Positions 45,301 to 58,800 of a stretch of 64,000 bases of DNA are shown piece after piece. The stretch is from Eledone cirrhosa. Its lineage: Eukaryota. The first letter of the stretch is position 1; each line of letters begins with the position of its first letter. The position numbers and the translations under genes were made by a program. The notes under the pieces are model-generated. The model made no database searches, had not been told where the DNA came from, and worked only from the letters and a program-made list of their open reading frames with translations. The DNA lies in contig OZ024756.1 of NCBI GenBank assembly GCA_964016885.1, forward strand, positions 10,230,001 through 10,294,000. Direction: 5' to 3'.

Positions 45301-48300
45301 ACACAATTGATGGAAGCTATAGAGTAGGAAGACCTGGCATGAGGTGATAAAAGCTGACTTCACACAATTGATAGAAGCTATAGAGTAGGAAGACCTGGGA
45401 TGAGGTGATAAAAGCCGACTTCACACAATTGATGGAAGCTATGGAATAGGCAGACCTGGGATGAGGTGATAAAAGCTGACCTCACACAATTGATGGAAGC
45501 TATGGAGTAAGAACACCTAGTTTGAGGTGATAAAAGCTGACTTCACACAATTGATGGAAGCTATAGAGTAGGAAGACCTGGGATGAGGTGATAAAAGCTT
45601 ACTTCACACAATTGATGGAAGCTATAGAGTAAGAAGACGTAATTTGAGGTGATAAAAGCTGACTTCACACAATTGATGGAAGCTATAGAGTAGGAAGACC
45701 TGGGATGGGGTGATAAAAGCTGACTTCACACAATTGATGGAAGCTATGGAGTAAGAAGACCTAGTTTGAGGTGATAAAAGCTGACTTCACACAATTGATG
45801 GAAGCTATAGAGTAGGAAGACCTGGGATGAGGTGATAAAAGCTGACTTCACACAATTGATGGAAGCTATGGAGTAGGAAGACCTAATTTGAGGTGATAAA
45901 AGCTGACTTCACACAATTGATGGAAGCTATAGAGTAGGAAGACCTGGGATGGGGTGATAAAAGCTGACTTCACACAATTGATGGAAGCTATAGAGTAGGA
46001 AGACCTAGTTTGAGGTGATAAAAGCTGACTTCACACAATTGATGGAAGCTATAGAGTAGGAAGACCTAGTTTGAGGTGATAAAAGCTGATCTCACACAAT
46101 TGATGGAAGCTATAGAGTAGGAAGACCTGGGGTGAGGTGATAAAAGCTGACTTCACACAATTGATGGAAGCTATGGAGTAAGAAGACCTAGTTTGAGGTG
46201 ATAAAAGCTGACTTCACCAATTGATGGAAGCTATAGAGTAGGAAGACCTAGTTTGAGGTGATAAAAGCTGACTTCACACAATTGATGGAAGCTATAGAGT
46301 AGGAAGACCTGGGATGAGGTGACTTCACACAATTGATGGAAGCTATAGAGTAGGAAGACCTGGGATGAGGTGATAAAAGCTGACTTCACACAATTGATGG
46401 AAGCTATGGAGTAAGAAGACCTAGTTTGAGGTGATAAAAGCTGATCTCACACAATTGATGGAAGCTATAGAGTAGGAAGACCTGGGATGAGGTGATAAAA
46501 GCTGACTTCACACAATTGATGGAAGCTATGAAGTAAGAAGACCTAGTTTGAGGTGATAAAAGCTGACTTCACACAATTGATGGAAGCTATAGAGTAGGAA
46601 GACCTGGGATGAGGTGATAAAAGCTGACCTCACACAATTGATGGAAGCTATGGAGTAAGAAGACCTAGTTTGAGGTGATAAAAGCTGATCTCACACAATT
46701 GATGGAAGCTATAGAGTAGGAAGACCTAGTTTGAGGTGATAAAAGCTGACTTCACACAACTGATGGAAGCTATAGAGTAGGAAGACTTGGGATGAGGTGA
46801 TAAAAGCTGACCTCACACAATTGATGGAAGCTATGGAGTAAGAAGACCTAGTTTGAGGTGATAAAAGCTGACTTCACACAATTGATGGAAGCTATAGAGT
46901 AGGAAGACCTGGGATGAGGTGATAAAAGCTGACTTCACACAATTGATGGACGCTATAGAGTAAGAAGACGTAATTTGAGGTGATAAAAGCTGACTTCACA
47001 CAATTGATGGAAGCTATGGAGTAAGAAGACCTAGTTTGAGGTGATAAAAGCTGACTTCACACAATTGATGGAAGCTATGGAGTAAGAAGACCTAGTTTGA
47101 GGTGATAAAAGCTGACTTCACACAATTGATGGAAGCTATGGAGTAGGAAGACCTAATTTGAGGTGATAAAAGCTGACTTCACACAATTGATGGAAGCTAT
47201 AGAGTAGAAGACCTGGGATGGGGTGATAAAAGCTGACTTCACACAATTGATGGAAGCTATAGAGTAGGAAGACCTAGTTTGAGGTGATAAAAGCTGACTT
47301 CACACAATTGATGGAAGCTATAGAGTAGGAAGACCTGGCATGAGGTGATAAAAGCTGACTTCACACAATTGATAGAAGCTATAGAGTAGGAAGACCTGGG
47401 ATGAGGTGATAAAAGCCGACTTCACACAATTGATGGAAGCTATGGAATAGGCAGACCTGGGATGAGGTGATAAAAGCTGACCTCACACAATTGATGGAAG
47501 CTATGGAGTAAGAACACCTAGTTTGAGGTGATAAAAGCTGACTTCACACAATTGATGGAAGCTATAGAGTAGGAAGACCTGGGATGAGGTGATAAAAGCT
47601 TACTTGACACAATTGATGGAAGCTATAGAGTAAGAAGACGTAATTTGAGGTGATAAAAGCTGACTTCACACAATTGATGGAAGCTATAGAGTAGGAAGAC
47701 CTGGGATGGGGTGATAAAAGCTGACTTCACACAATTGATGGAAGCTATGGAGTAAGAAGACCTAGTTTGAGGTGATAAAAGCTGACTTCACACAATTGAT
47801 GGAAGCTATAGAGTAGGAAGACCTGGGATGAGGTGATAAAAGCTGACTTCACACAATTGATGGAAGCTATGGAGTAGGAAGACCTAATTTGAGGTGATAA
47901 AAGCTGACTTCACACAATTGATGGAAGCTATAGAGTAGGAAGACCTGGGATGGGGTGATAAAAGCTGACTTCACACAATTGATGGAAGCTATAGAGTAGG
48001 AAGACCTAGTTTGAGGTGATAAAAGCTGACTTCACACAATTGATGGAAGCTATAGAGTAGGAACACCTGGCATGAGGTGATAAAAGCTGACTTCACACAA
48101 TTGATAGAAGCTATAGAGTAGGAAGACCTGGGATGAGGTGATAAAAGCCGACTTCACACAATTGATGGAAGCTATGGAATAGGCAGACCTGGGATGAGGT
48201 GATAAAAGCTGACCTCACACAATTGATGGAAGCTATGGAGTAAGAACACCTAGTTTGAGGTGATAAAAGCTGACTTCACACAATTGATGGAAGCTATAGA

Positions 48301-51300
48301 GTAGGAAGACCTGGGATGAGGTGATAAAAGCTTACTTCACACAATTGATGGAAGCTATAGAGTAAGAAGACGTAATTTGAGGTGATAAAAGCTGACTTCA
48401 CACAATTGATGGAAGCTATAGAGTAGGAAGACCTGGGATGGGGTGATAAAAGCTGACTTCACACAATTGATGGAAGCTATGGAGTAAGAAGACCTAGTTT
48501 GAGGTGATAAAAGCTGACTTCACACAATTGATGGAAGCTATGGAGTAGGAAGACCTAATTTGAGGTGATAAAAGCTGACTTCACACAATTGATGGAAGCT
48601 ATAGAGTAGGAAGACCTGGGATGGGGTGATAAAAGCTGACTTCACACAATTGATGGAAGCTATGGAGTAAGAAGACCTAGTTTGAGGTGATAAAAGCTGA
48701 CTTCACACAATTGATGGAAGCTATAGAGTAGGAAGACCTGGGATGAGGTGATAAAAGCTGACTTCACACAATTGATGGAAGCTATAGAGTAGGAAGACCT
48801 AGTTTGAGGTGATAAAAGCTGACTTCACACAATTGATGGAAGCTATGGAGTAAGAAGACCTAGTTTGAGGTGATAAAAGCTGATCTCACACAATTGATGG
48901 AAGCTATAGAGTAGGAAGACCTGGGGTGAGGTGATAAAAGCTGACTTCACACAATTGATGGAAGCTATGGAGTAAGAAGACCTAGTTTGAGGTGATAAAA
49001 GCTGACTTCAAACAATTGATGGAAGCTATAGAGTAGGAAGACCTAGTTTGAGGTGATAAAAGCTGACTTCACACAATTGATGGAAGCTATAGAGTAGGAA
49101 GACCTGGGATGAGGTGACTTCACACAATTGATGGAAGCTATAGAGTAGGAAGACCTGGGATGAGGTGATAAAAGCTGACTTCACACAATTGATGGAAGCT
49201 ATGGAGTAAGAAGACCTAGTTTGAGGTGATAAAAGCTGATCTCACACAATTGATGGAAGCTATAGAGTAGGAAGACCTGGGATGAGGTGATAAAAGCTGA
49301 CTTCACACAATTGATGGAAGCTATGAAGTAAGAAGACCTAGTTTGAGGTGATAAAAGCTGACTTCACACAATTGATGGAAGCTATAGAGTAGGAAGACCT
49401 GGGATGAGGTGATAAAAGCTGACCTCACACAATTGATGGAAGCTATGGAGTAAGAAGACCTAGTTTGAGGTGATAAAAGCTGATCTCACACAATTGATGG
49501 AAGCTATAGAGTAGGAAGACCTAGTTTGAGGTGATAAAAGCTGACTTCACACAATTGATGGAAGCTATAGAGTAGGAAGACTTGGGATGAGGTGATAAAA
49601 GCTGACCTCACACAATTGATGGAAGCTATGGAGTAAGAAGACCTAGTTTGAGGTGATAAAAGCTGACTTCACACAATTGATGGAAGCTATAGAGTAGGGA
49701 GACCTGGGATGAGGTGATAAAAGCTGACTTCACACAATTGATGGACGCTATAGAGTAAGAAGACGTAATTTGAGGTGATAAAAGCTGACTTCACACAATT
49801 GATGGAAGCTATGGAGTAAGAAGACCTAGTTTGAGGTGATAAAAGCTGACTTCACACAATTGATGGAAGCTATGGAGTAAGAAGACCTAGTTTGAGGTGA
49901 TAAAAGCTGACTTCACACAATTGATGGAAGCTATGGAGTAGGAAGACCTAATTTGAGGTGATAAAAGCTGACTTCACACAATTGATGGAAGCTATAGAGT
50001 AGAAGACCTGGGATGGGGTGATAAAAGCTGACTTCACACAATTGATGGAAGCTATAGAGTAGGAAGACCTAGTTTGAGGTGATAAAAGCTGACTTCACAC
50101 AATTGATGGAAGCTATAGAGTAGGAAGACCTGGCATGAGGTGATAAAAGCTGACTTCACACAATTGATAGAAGCTATAGAGTAGGAAGACCTGGGATGAG
50201 GTGATAAAAGCCGACTTCACACAATTGATGGAAGCTATGGAATAGGCAGACCTGGGATGAGGTGATAAAAGCTGACCTCACACAATTGATGGAAGCTATG
50301 GAGTAAGAACACCTAGTTTGAGGTGATAAAAGCTGACTTCACACAATTGATGGAAGCTATAGAGTAGGAAGACCTGGGATGAGGTGATAAAAGCTTACTT
50401 CACACAATTGATGGAAGCTATAGAGTAAGAAGACGTAATTTGAGGTGATAAAAGCTGACTTCACACAATTGATGGAAGCTATAGAGTAGGAAGACCTGGG
50501 ATGGGGTGATAAAAGCTGACTTCACACAATTGATGGAAGCTATGGAGTAAGAAGACCTAGTTTGAGGTGATAAAAGCTGACTTCACACAATTGATGGAAG
50601 CTATAGAGTAGGAAGACCTGGGATGAGGTGATAAAAGCTGACTTCACACAATTGATGGAAGCTATAGAGTAGGAAGACCTAGTTTGAGGTGATAAAAGCT
50701 GACTTCACACAATTGATGGAAGCTATAGAGTAGGAAGACCTGGGATGAGGTGATAAAAGCTGACTTCACACAATTGATGGAAGCTATGGAGTAAGAAGAC
50801 CTAGTTTGAGGTGATAAAAGCTGATCTCACACAATTGATGGAAGCTATAGAGTAGGAAGACCTGGGGTGAGGTGATAAAAGCTGACTTCACACAATTGAT
50901 GGAAGCTATGGAGTAAGAAGACCTAGTTTGAGGTGATAAAAGCTGACTTCAAACAATTGATGGAAGCTATAGAGTAGGAAGACCTAGTTTGAGGTGATAA
51001 AAGCTGACTTCACACAATTGATGGAAGCTATAGAGTAGGAAGACCTGGGATGAGGTGACTTCACACAATTGATGGAAGCTATAGAGTAGGAAGACCTGGG
51101 ATGAGGTGATAAAAGCTGACTTCACACAATTGATGGAAGCTATAGAGTAGGAAGACCTGGGATGAGGTGATAAAAGCTGACTTCACACAATTGATGGAAG
51201 CTATGAAGTAAGAAGACCTAGTTTGAGGTGATAAAAGCTGACTTCACACAATTGATGGAAGCTATAGAGTAGGAAGACCTGGGATGAGGTGATAAAAGCT

Positions 51301-54300
51301 GACCTCACACAATTGATGGAAGCTATGGAGTAAGAAGACCTAGTTTGAGGTGATAAAAGCTGATCTCACACAATTGATGGAAGCTATAGAGTAGGAAGAC
51401 CTAGTTTGAGGTGATAAAAGCTGACTTCACACAATTGATGGAAGCTATAGAGTAGGAAGACCTGGGATGAGGTGATAAAAGCTGACCTCACACAATTGAT
51501 GGAAGCTATGGAGTAAGAAGACCTAGTTTGAGGTGATAAAAGCTGACTTCACACAATTGATGGAAGCTATAGAGTAGGAAGACCTGGGATGAGGTGATAA
51601 AAGCTGACTTCACACAATTGATGGAAGCTATGGAGTAAGAAGACCTAGTTTGAGGTGATAAAAGCTGATCTCACACAATTGATGGAAGCTATAGAGTAGG
51701 AAGACCTGGGATGAGGTGATAAAAGCTGACTTCACACAATTGATGGACGCTATAGAGTAAGAAGACCTAGTTTGAGGTGATAAAAGCTGACTTCACACAA
51801 TTGATGGAAGCTATGGAGTAAGAAAACGTAATTTGAGGTGATAAAAGCTGACTTCACACAATTGATGGAAGCTATGGAGTAAGAAGACCTAGTTTGAGGT
51901 GATAAAAGCTGACTTCACACAATTGATGGAAGCTATGGAGTAAGAAGACCTAGTTTGAGGTGATAAAAGCTGACTTCACACAATTGATGGAAGCTATGGA
52001 GTAAGAAGACCTAGTTTGAGGTGATAAAAGCTGACTTCACACAATTGATGGAAGCTATAGAGTAGGAAGACCTGGGATGAGGTGATAAAAGCTGACTTCA
52101 CACAATTGATGGAAGCTATGGAGTAGGAAGACCTAATTTGAGGTGATAAAAGCTGACTTCACACAATTGATGGAAGCTATAGAGTAGGAAGACCTGGGAT
52201 GGGGTGATAAAAGCTGACTTCACACAATTGATGGAAGCTATAGAGTAGGAAGACCTAGTTTGAGGTGATAAAAGCTGACTTCACACAATTGATGGAAGCT
52301 ATAGAGTAGGAACACCTGGCATGAGGTGATAAAAGCTGACTTCACACAATTGATAGAAGCTATAGAGTAGGAAGACCTGGGATGAGGTGATAAAAGCCGA
52401 CTTCACACAATTGATGGAAGCTATGGAATAGGCAGACCTGGGATGAGGTGATAAAAGCTGACCTCACACAATTGATGGAAGCTATGGAGTAAGAACACCT
52501 AGTTTGAGGTGATAAAAGCTGACTTCACACAATTGATGGAAGCTATAGAGTAGGAAGACCTGGGATGAGGTGATAAAAGCTTACTTCACACAATTGATGG
52601 AAGCTATAGAGTAAGAAGACGTAATTTGAGGTGATAAAAGCTGACTTCACACAATTGATGGAAGCTATAGAGTAGGAAGACCTGGGATGGGGTGATAAAA
52701 GCTGACTTCACACAATTGATGGAAGCTATGGAGTAAGAAGACCTAGTTTGAGGTGATAAAAGCTGACTTCACACAATTGATGGAAGCTATGGAGTAGGAA
52801 GACCTAATTTGAGGTGATAAAAGCTGACTTCACACAATTGATGGAAGCTATAGAGTAGGAAGACCTGGGATGGGGTGATAAAAGCTGACTTCACACAATT
52901 GATGGAAGCTATGGAGTAAGAAGACCTAGTTTGAGGTGATAAAAGCTGACTTCACACAATTGATGGAAGCTATAGAGTAGGAAGACCTGGGATGAGGTGA
53001 TAAAAGCTGACTTCACACAATTGATGGAAGCTATAGAGTAGGAAGACCTAGTTTGAGGTGATAAAAGCTGACTTCACACAATTGATGGAAGCTATGGAGT
53101 AAGAAGACCTAGTTTGAGGTGATAAAAGCTGACTTCAAACAATTGATGGAAGCTATAGAGTAGGAAGACCTAGTTTGAGGTGATAAAAGCTGACTTCACA
53201 CAATTGATGGAAGCTATAGAGTAGGAAGACCTGGGATGAGGTGACTTCACACAATTGATGGAAGCTATAGAGTAGGAAGACCTGGGATGAGGTGATAAAA
53301 GCTGACTTCACACAATTGATGGAAGCTATGGAGTAAGAAGACCTAGTTTGAGGTGATAAAAGCTGATCTCACACAATTGATGGAAGCTATAGAGTAGGAA
53401 GACCTGGGATGAGGTGATAAAAGCTGACTTCACACAATTGATGGAAGCTATGAAGTAAGAAGACCTAGTTTGAGGTGATAAAAGCTGACTTCACACAATT
53501 GATGGAAGCTATAGAGTAGGAAGACCTGGGATGAGGTGATAAAAGCTGACCTCACACAATTGATGGAAGCTATGGAGTAAGAAGACCTAGTTTGAGGTGA
53601 TAAAAGCTGATCTCACACAATTGATGGAAGCTATAGAGTAGGAAGACCTAGTTTGAGGTGATAAAAGCTGACTTCACACAATTGATGGAAGCTATAGAGT
53701 AGGAAGACTTGGGATGAGGTGATAAAAGCTGACCTCACACAATTGATGGAAGCTATGGAGTAAGAAGACCTAGTTTGAGGTGATAAAAGCTGACTTCACA
53801 CAATTGATGGAAGCTATAGAGTAGGGAGACCTGGGATGAGGTGATAAAAGCTGACTTCACACAATTGATGGACGCTATAGAGTAAGAAGACGTAATTTGA
53901 GGTGATAAAAGCTGACTTCACACAATTGATGGAAGCTATGGAGTAAGAAGACCTAGTTTGAGGTGATAAAAGCTGACTTCACACAATTGATGGAAGCTAT
54001 GGAGTAAGAAGACCTAGTTTGAGGTGATAAAAGCTGACTTCACACAATTGATGGAAGCTATGGAGTAGGAAGACCTAATTTGAGGTGATAAAAGCTGACT
54101 TCACACAATTGATGGAAGCTATAGAGTAGAAGACCTGGGATGGGGTGATAAAAGCTGACTTCACACAATTGATGGAAGCTATAGAGTAGGAAGACCTAGT
54201 TTGAGGTGATAAAAGCTGACTTCACACAATTGATGGAAGCTATAGAGTAGGAAGACCTGGCATGAGGTGATAAAAGCTGACTTCACACAATTGATAGAAG

Positions 54301-55800
54301 CTATAGAGTAGGAAGACCTGGGATGAGGTGATAAAAGCCGACTTCACACAATTGATGGAAGCTATGGAATAGGCAGACCTGGGATGAGGTGATAAAAGCT
54401 GACCTCACACAATTGATGGAAGCTATGGAGTAAGAACACCTAGTTTGAGGTGATAAAAGCTGACTTCACACAATTGATGGAAGCTATAGAGTAGGAAGAC
54501 CTGGGATGAGGTGATAAAAGCTTACTTCACACAATTGATGGAAGCTATAGAGTAAGAAGACGTAATTTGAGGTGATAAAAGCTGACTTCACACAATTGAT
54601 GGAAGCTATAGAGTAGGAAGACCTGGGATGGGGTGATAAAAGCTGACTTCACACAATTGATGGAAGCTATGGAGTAAGAAGACCTAGTTTGAGGTGATAA
54701 AAGCTGACTTCACACAATTGATGGAAGCTATAGAGTAGGAAGACCTGGGATGAGGTGATAAAAGCTGACTTCACACAATTGATGGAAGCTATAGAGTAGG
54801 AAGACCTAGTTTGAGGTGATAAAAGCTGACTTCACACAATTGATGGAAGCTATAGAGTAGGAAGACCTGGGATGAGGTGATAAAAGCTGACTTCACACAA
54901 TTGATGGAAGCTATGGAGTAAGAAGACCTAGTTTGAGGTGATAAAAGCTGACTTCAAACAATTGATGGAAGCTATAGAGTAGGAAGACCTAGTTTGAGGT
55001 GATAAAAGCTGACTTCACACAATTGATGGAAGCTATAGAGTAGGAAGACCTGGGATGAGGTGACTTCACACAATTGATGGAAGCTATAGAGTAGGAAGAC
55101 CTGGGATGAGGTGATAAAAGCTGACTTCACACAATTGATGGAAGCTATAGAGTAGGAAGACCTGGGATGAGGTGATAAAAGCTGACTTCACACAATTGAT
55201 GGAAGCTATGAAGTAAGAAGACCTAGTTTGAGGTGATAAAAGCTGACTTCACACAATTGATGGAAGCTATAGAGTAGGAAGACCTGGGATGAGGTGATAA
55301 AAGCTGACCTCACACAATTGATGGAAGCTATGGAGTAAGAAGACCTAGTTTGAGGTGATAAAAGCTGATCTCACACAATTGATGGAAGCTATAGAGTAGG
55401 AAGACCTAGTTTGAGGTGATAAAAGCTGACTTCACACAATTGATGGAAGCTATAGAGTAGGAAGACCTGGGATGAGGTGATAAAAGCTGACCTCACACAA
55501 TTGATGGAAGCTATGGAGTAAGAAGACCTAGTTTGAGGTGATAAAAGCTGACTTCACACAATTGATGGAAGCTATAGAGTAGGAAGACCTGGGATGAGGT
55601 GATAAAAGCTGACTTCACACAATTGATGGAAGCTATGGAGTAAGAAGACCTAGTTTGAGGTGATAAAAGCTGATCTCACACAATTGATGGAAGCTATAGA
55701 GTAGGAAGACCTGGGATGAGGTGATAAAAGCTGACTTCACACAATTGATGGACGCTATAGAGTAAGAAGACCTAGTTTGAGGTGATAAAAGCTGACTTCA
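27400..55800. repeat. Higher-order domain of the satellite: variable 1.8-2.8 kb units marked by a 51-bp deletion monomer
   Basis: GAGGTGACTTCAC junctions at about 28483, 30363, 32425, 34366, 36306, 38917, 41649, 44321, 46322, 49117, 51058, 53244, 55063 (spacings 1819-2795 bp), each in a similar monomer context. Boundaries approximate. Confidence 0.85.
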
Positions 55801-58800
55801 CACAATTGATGGAAGCTATAGAGTAGGAAGACCTGGGATGGGGTGATAAAAGCTGACTTCACACAATTGATGGAAGCTATGGAGTAAGAAAACGTAATTT
55901 GAGGTGATAAAAGCTGACTTCACACAATTGATGGAAGCTATGGAGTAAGAAGACCTAGTTTGAGGTGATAAAAGCTGACTTCACACAATTGATGGAAGCT
56001 ATGGAGTAAGAAGACCTAGTTTGAGGTGATAAAAGCTGACTTCACACAATTGATGGAAGCTATGGAGTAAGAAGACCTAGTTTGAGGTGATAAAAGCTGA
56101 CTTCACACAATTGATGGAAGCTATGGAGTAAGAAGACCTAGTTTGAGGTGATAAAAGCTGACTTCACACAATTGATGGAAGCTATAGAGTAGGAAGACCT
56201 AATTTGAGGTGATAAAAGCTGACTTCACACAATTGATGGAAGCTATAGAGTAGGAAAACCTAATTTGAGGTGATAAAAGCTGACTTCACACAATTGATGG
56301 AAGTCATAGAATAGGAAGACCTGGGATGAGGTGATAAAAGCTGACTTCACACAATTGATGGAAGCTATAGAGTAGGAAGACCTAATTTGAGGTGATAAAA
56401 GCTGACCTCACACAATTGATGGAAGCTATAGAGTAGGAAGACCTGGGATGAGGTGATAAAAGCTGACTTCACACAATTGATGGAAGCTATGGAGTAAGAA
56501 GACCTAATTTGAGGTGATAAAAGCTGACTTCACACAATTGATGGAAGCTATGGAGTAAGAAGACCTAATTTGAGGTGATAAAAGCTGACTTCACACAATT
56601 GATGGAAGCTATAGAGTAGGAAGACCTGGGATGGGGTGATAAAAGCTGACTTCACACAATTGATGGAAGCTATAGAGTAGGAAGACCTAGTTTGAGGTGA
56701 TAAAAGCTGACTTCACACAATTGATGGAAGCTATGGAGTAAGAAGACCTAATTTGAGGTGATAAAAGCTGACTTCACACAATTGATGGAAGCTATAGAGT
56801 AGGAAGACCTGGGATGGGGTGATAAAAGCTGACTTCACACAATTGATGGAAGCTATAGAGTAGGAAGACCTAATTTGAGGTGATAAAAGCTGACTTCACA
56901 CAATTGATGGAAGTCATAGAATAGGAAGACCTGGGATGAGGTGATAAAAGCTGACTTCACACAATTGATGGAAGCTATAGAGTAGGAAGACCTAGTTTGA
57001 GGTGATAAAAGCTGACTTCACACAATTGATGGAAGCTATGGAGTAAGAAGACCTAATTTGAGGTGATAAAAGCTGACTTCACACAATTGATGGAAGCTAT
57101 AGAGTAGGAAGACCTGGGATGGGGTGATAAAAGCTGACTTCACACAATTGATGGAAGCTATAGAGTAGGAAGACCTGGGATGGGGTGATAAAAGCTGACT
57201 TCACACAATTGATGGAAGCTATGGAGTAAGAAGACCTAGTTTGAGGTGATAAAAGCTGACTTCACACAATTGATGGAAGCTATGGAGTAGGAAGACCTAA
57301 TTTGAGGTGATAAAAGCTGACTTCACACAATTGATGGAAGCTATAGAGTAGGAAGACCTGGGATGGGGTGATAAAAGCTGACTTCACACAATTGATGGAA
57401 GCTATAGAGTAGGAAGACCTAGTTTGAGGTGATAAAAGCTGACTTCACACAATTGATGGAGGCTATAGAGTAGGAAGACCTGGCATGAGGTGATAAAAGC
57501 TGACTTCACACAATTGATAGAAGCTATAGAGTAGGAAGACCTGGGATGAGGTGATAAAAGCTGACTTCACACAATTGATGGAAGCTATGGAATAGGCAGA
57601 CCTGGGATGAGGTGATAAAAGCTGACCTCACACAATTGATGGAAGCTATGGAGTAAGAACACCTAGTTTGAGGTGATAAAAGCTGACTTCACACAATTGA
57701 TGGAAGCTATAGAGTAGGAAGACCTGGGATGAGGTGATAAAAGCTTACTTCACACAATTGATGGAAGCAATAGAGTAAGAAGACGTAATTTGAGGTGATA
57801 AAAGCTGACTTCACACAATTGATGGAAGCTATGAAGTAAGAAGACCTAGTTTGAGGTGATAAAAGCTGACTTCACACAATTGATGGAAGCTATAGAGTAG
57901 GAAGACCTGGGATGAGGTGATAAAAGCTTACTTCACACAATTGATGGAAGCAATAGAGTAAGAAGACGTAATTTGAGGTGATAAAAGCTGACTTCACACA
58001 ATTGATGGAAGCTATGAAGTAAGAAGACCTAGTTTGAGGTGATAAAAGCTGACTTCACACAATTGATTGAAGCTATGGAGTAAGAAGACCTAGTTTGAGG
58101 TGATAAAAGCTGACTTCACACAATTGATTGAAGCTATGGAGTAAGAAGACCTAGTTTGAGGTGATAAAAGCTGACTTCACACAATTGATGGAAGCTATGG
58201 AGTAAGAAGACCTAGTTTGAGGTGATAAAAGCTGACTTCACACAATTGATGGAAGCTATGGAGTAAGAAGACCTAATTTGAGGTGATAAAAGCTGACTTC
58301 ACACAATTGATGGAAGCTATAGAGTAGGAAGACCTAATTTGAGGTGTTAAAAGCTGACTTCACACAATTGATGGAAGTTATAGAATAGGAAGACCTGGGA
58401 TGAGTTGATAAAAGCTGACTTCACACAATTGATGGAAGCTATAGAGTAGGAAGACCTAGTTTGAGGTGCTAAAAGTTGACTTCACACAATTGATGGAAGC
58501 TATGGAGTAAGAAGACCTAATTTGAGGTGATAAAAGCTGACTTCACACAATTGATGGAAGCTATAGAGTAGGAAGACCTGGGATGGGGTGATAAAAGCTG
58601 ACTTCACACAATTGATGGAAGCTATGGAGTAAGAAGACCTAGTTTGAGGTGATAAAAGCTGACTTCACACAATTGATGGAAGCTATGGAGTAGGAAGACC
58701 TAATTTGAGGTGATAAAAGCTGACTTCACACAATTGATGGAAGCTATAGAGTAGGAAGACCTAGGATGAGGTGATAAAAGCTTACTTCACACAATTGATG

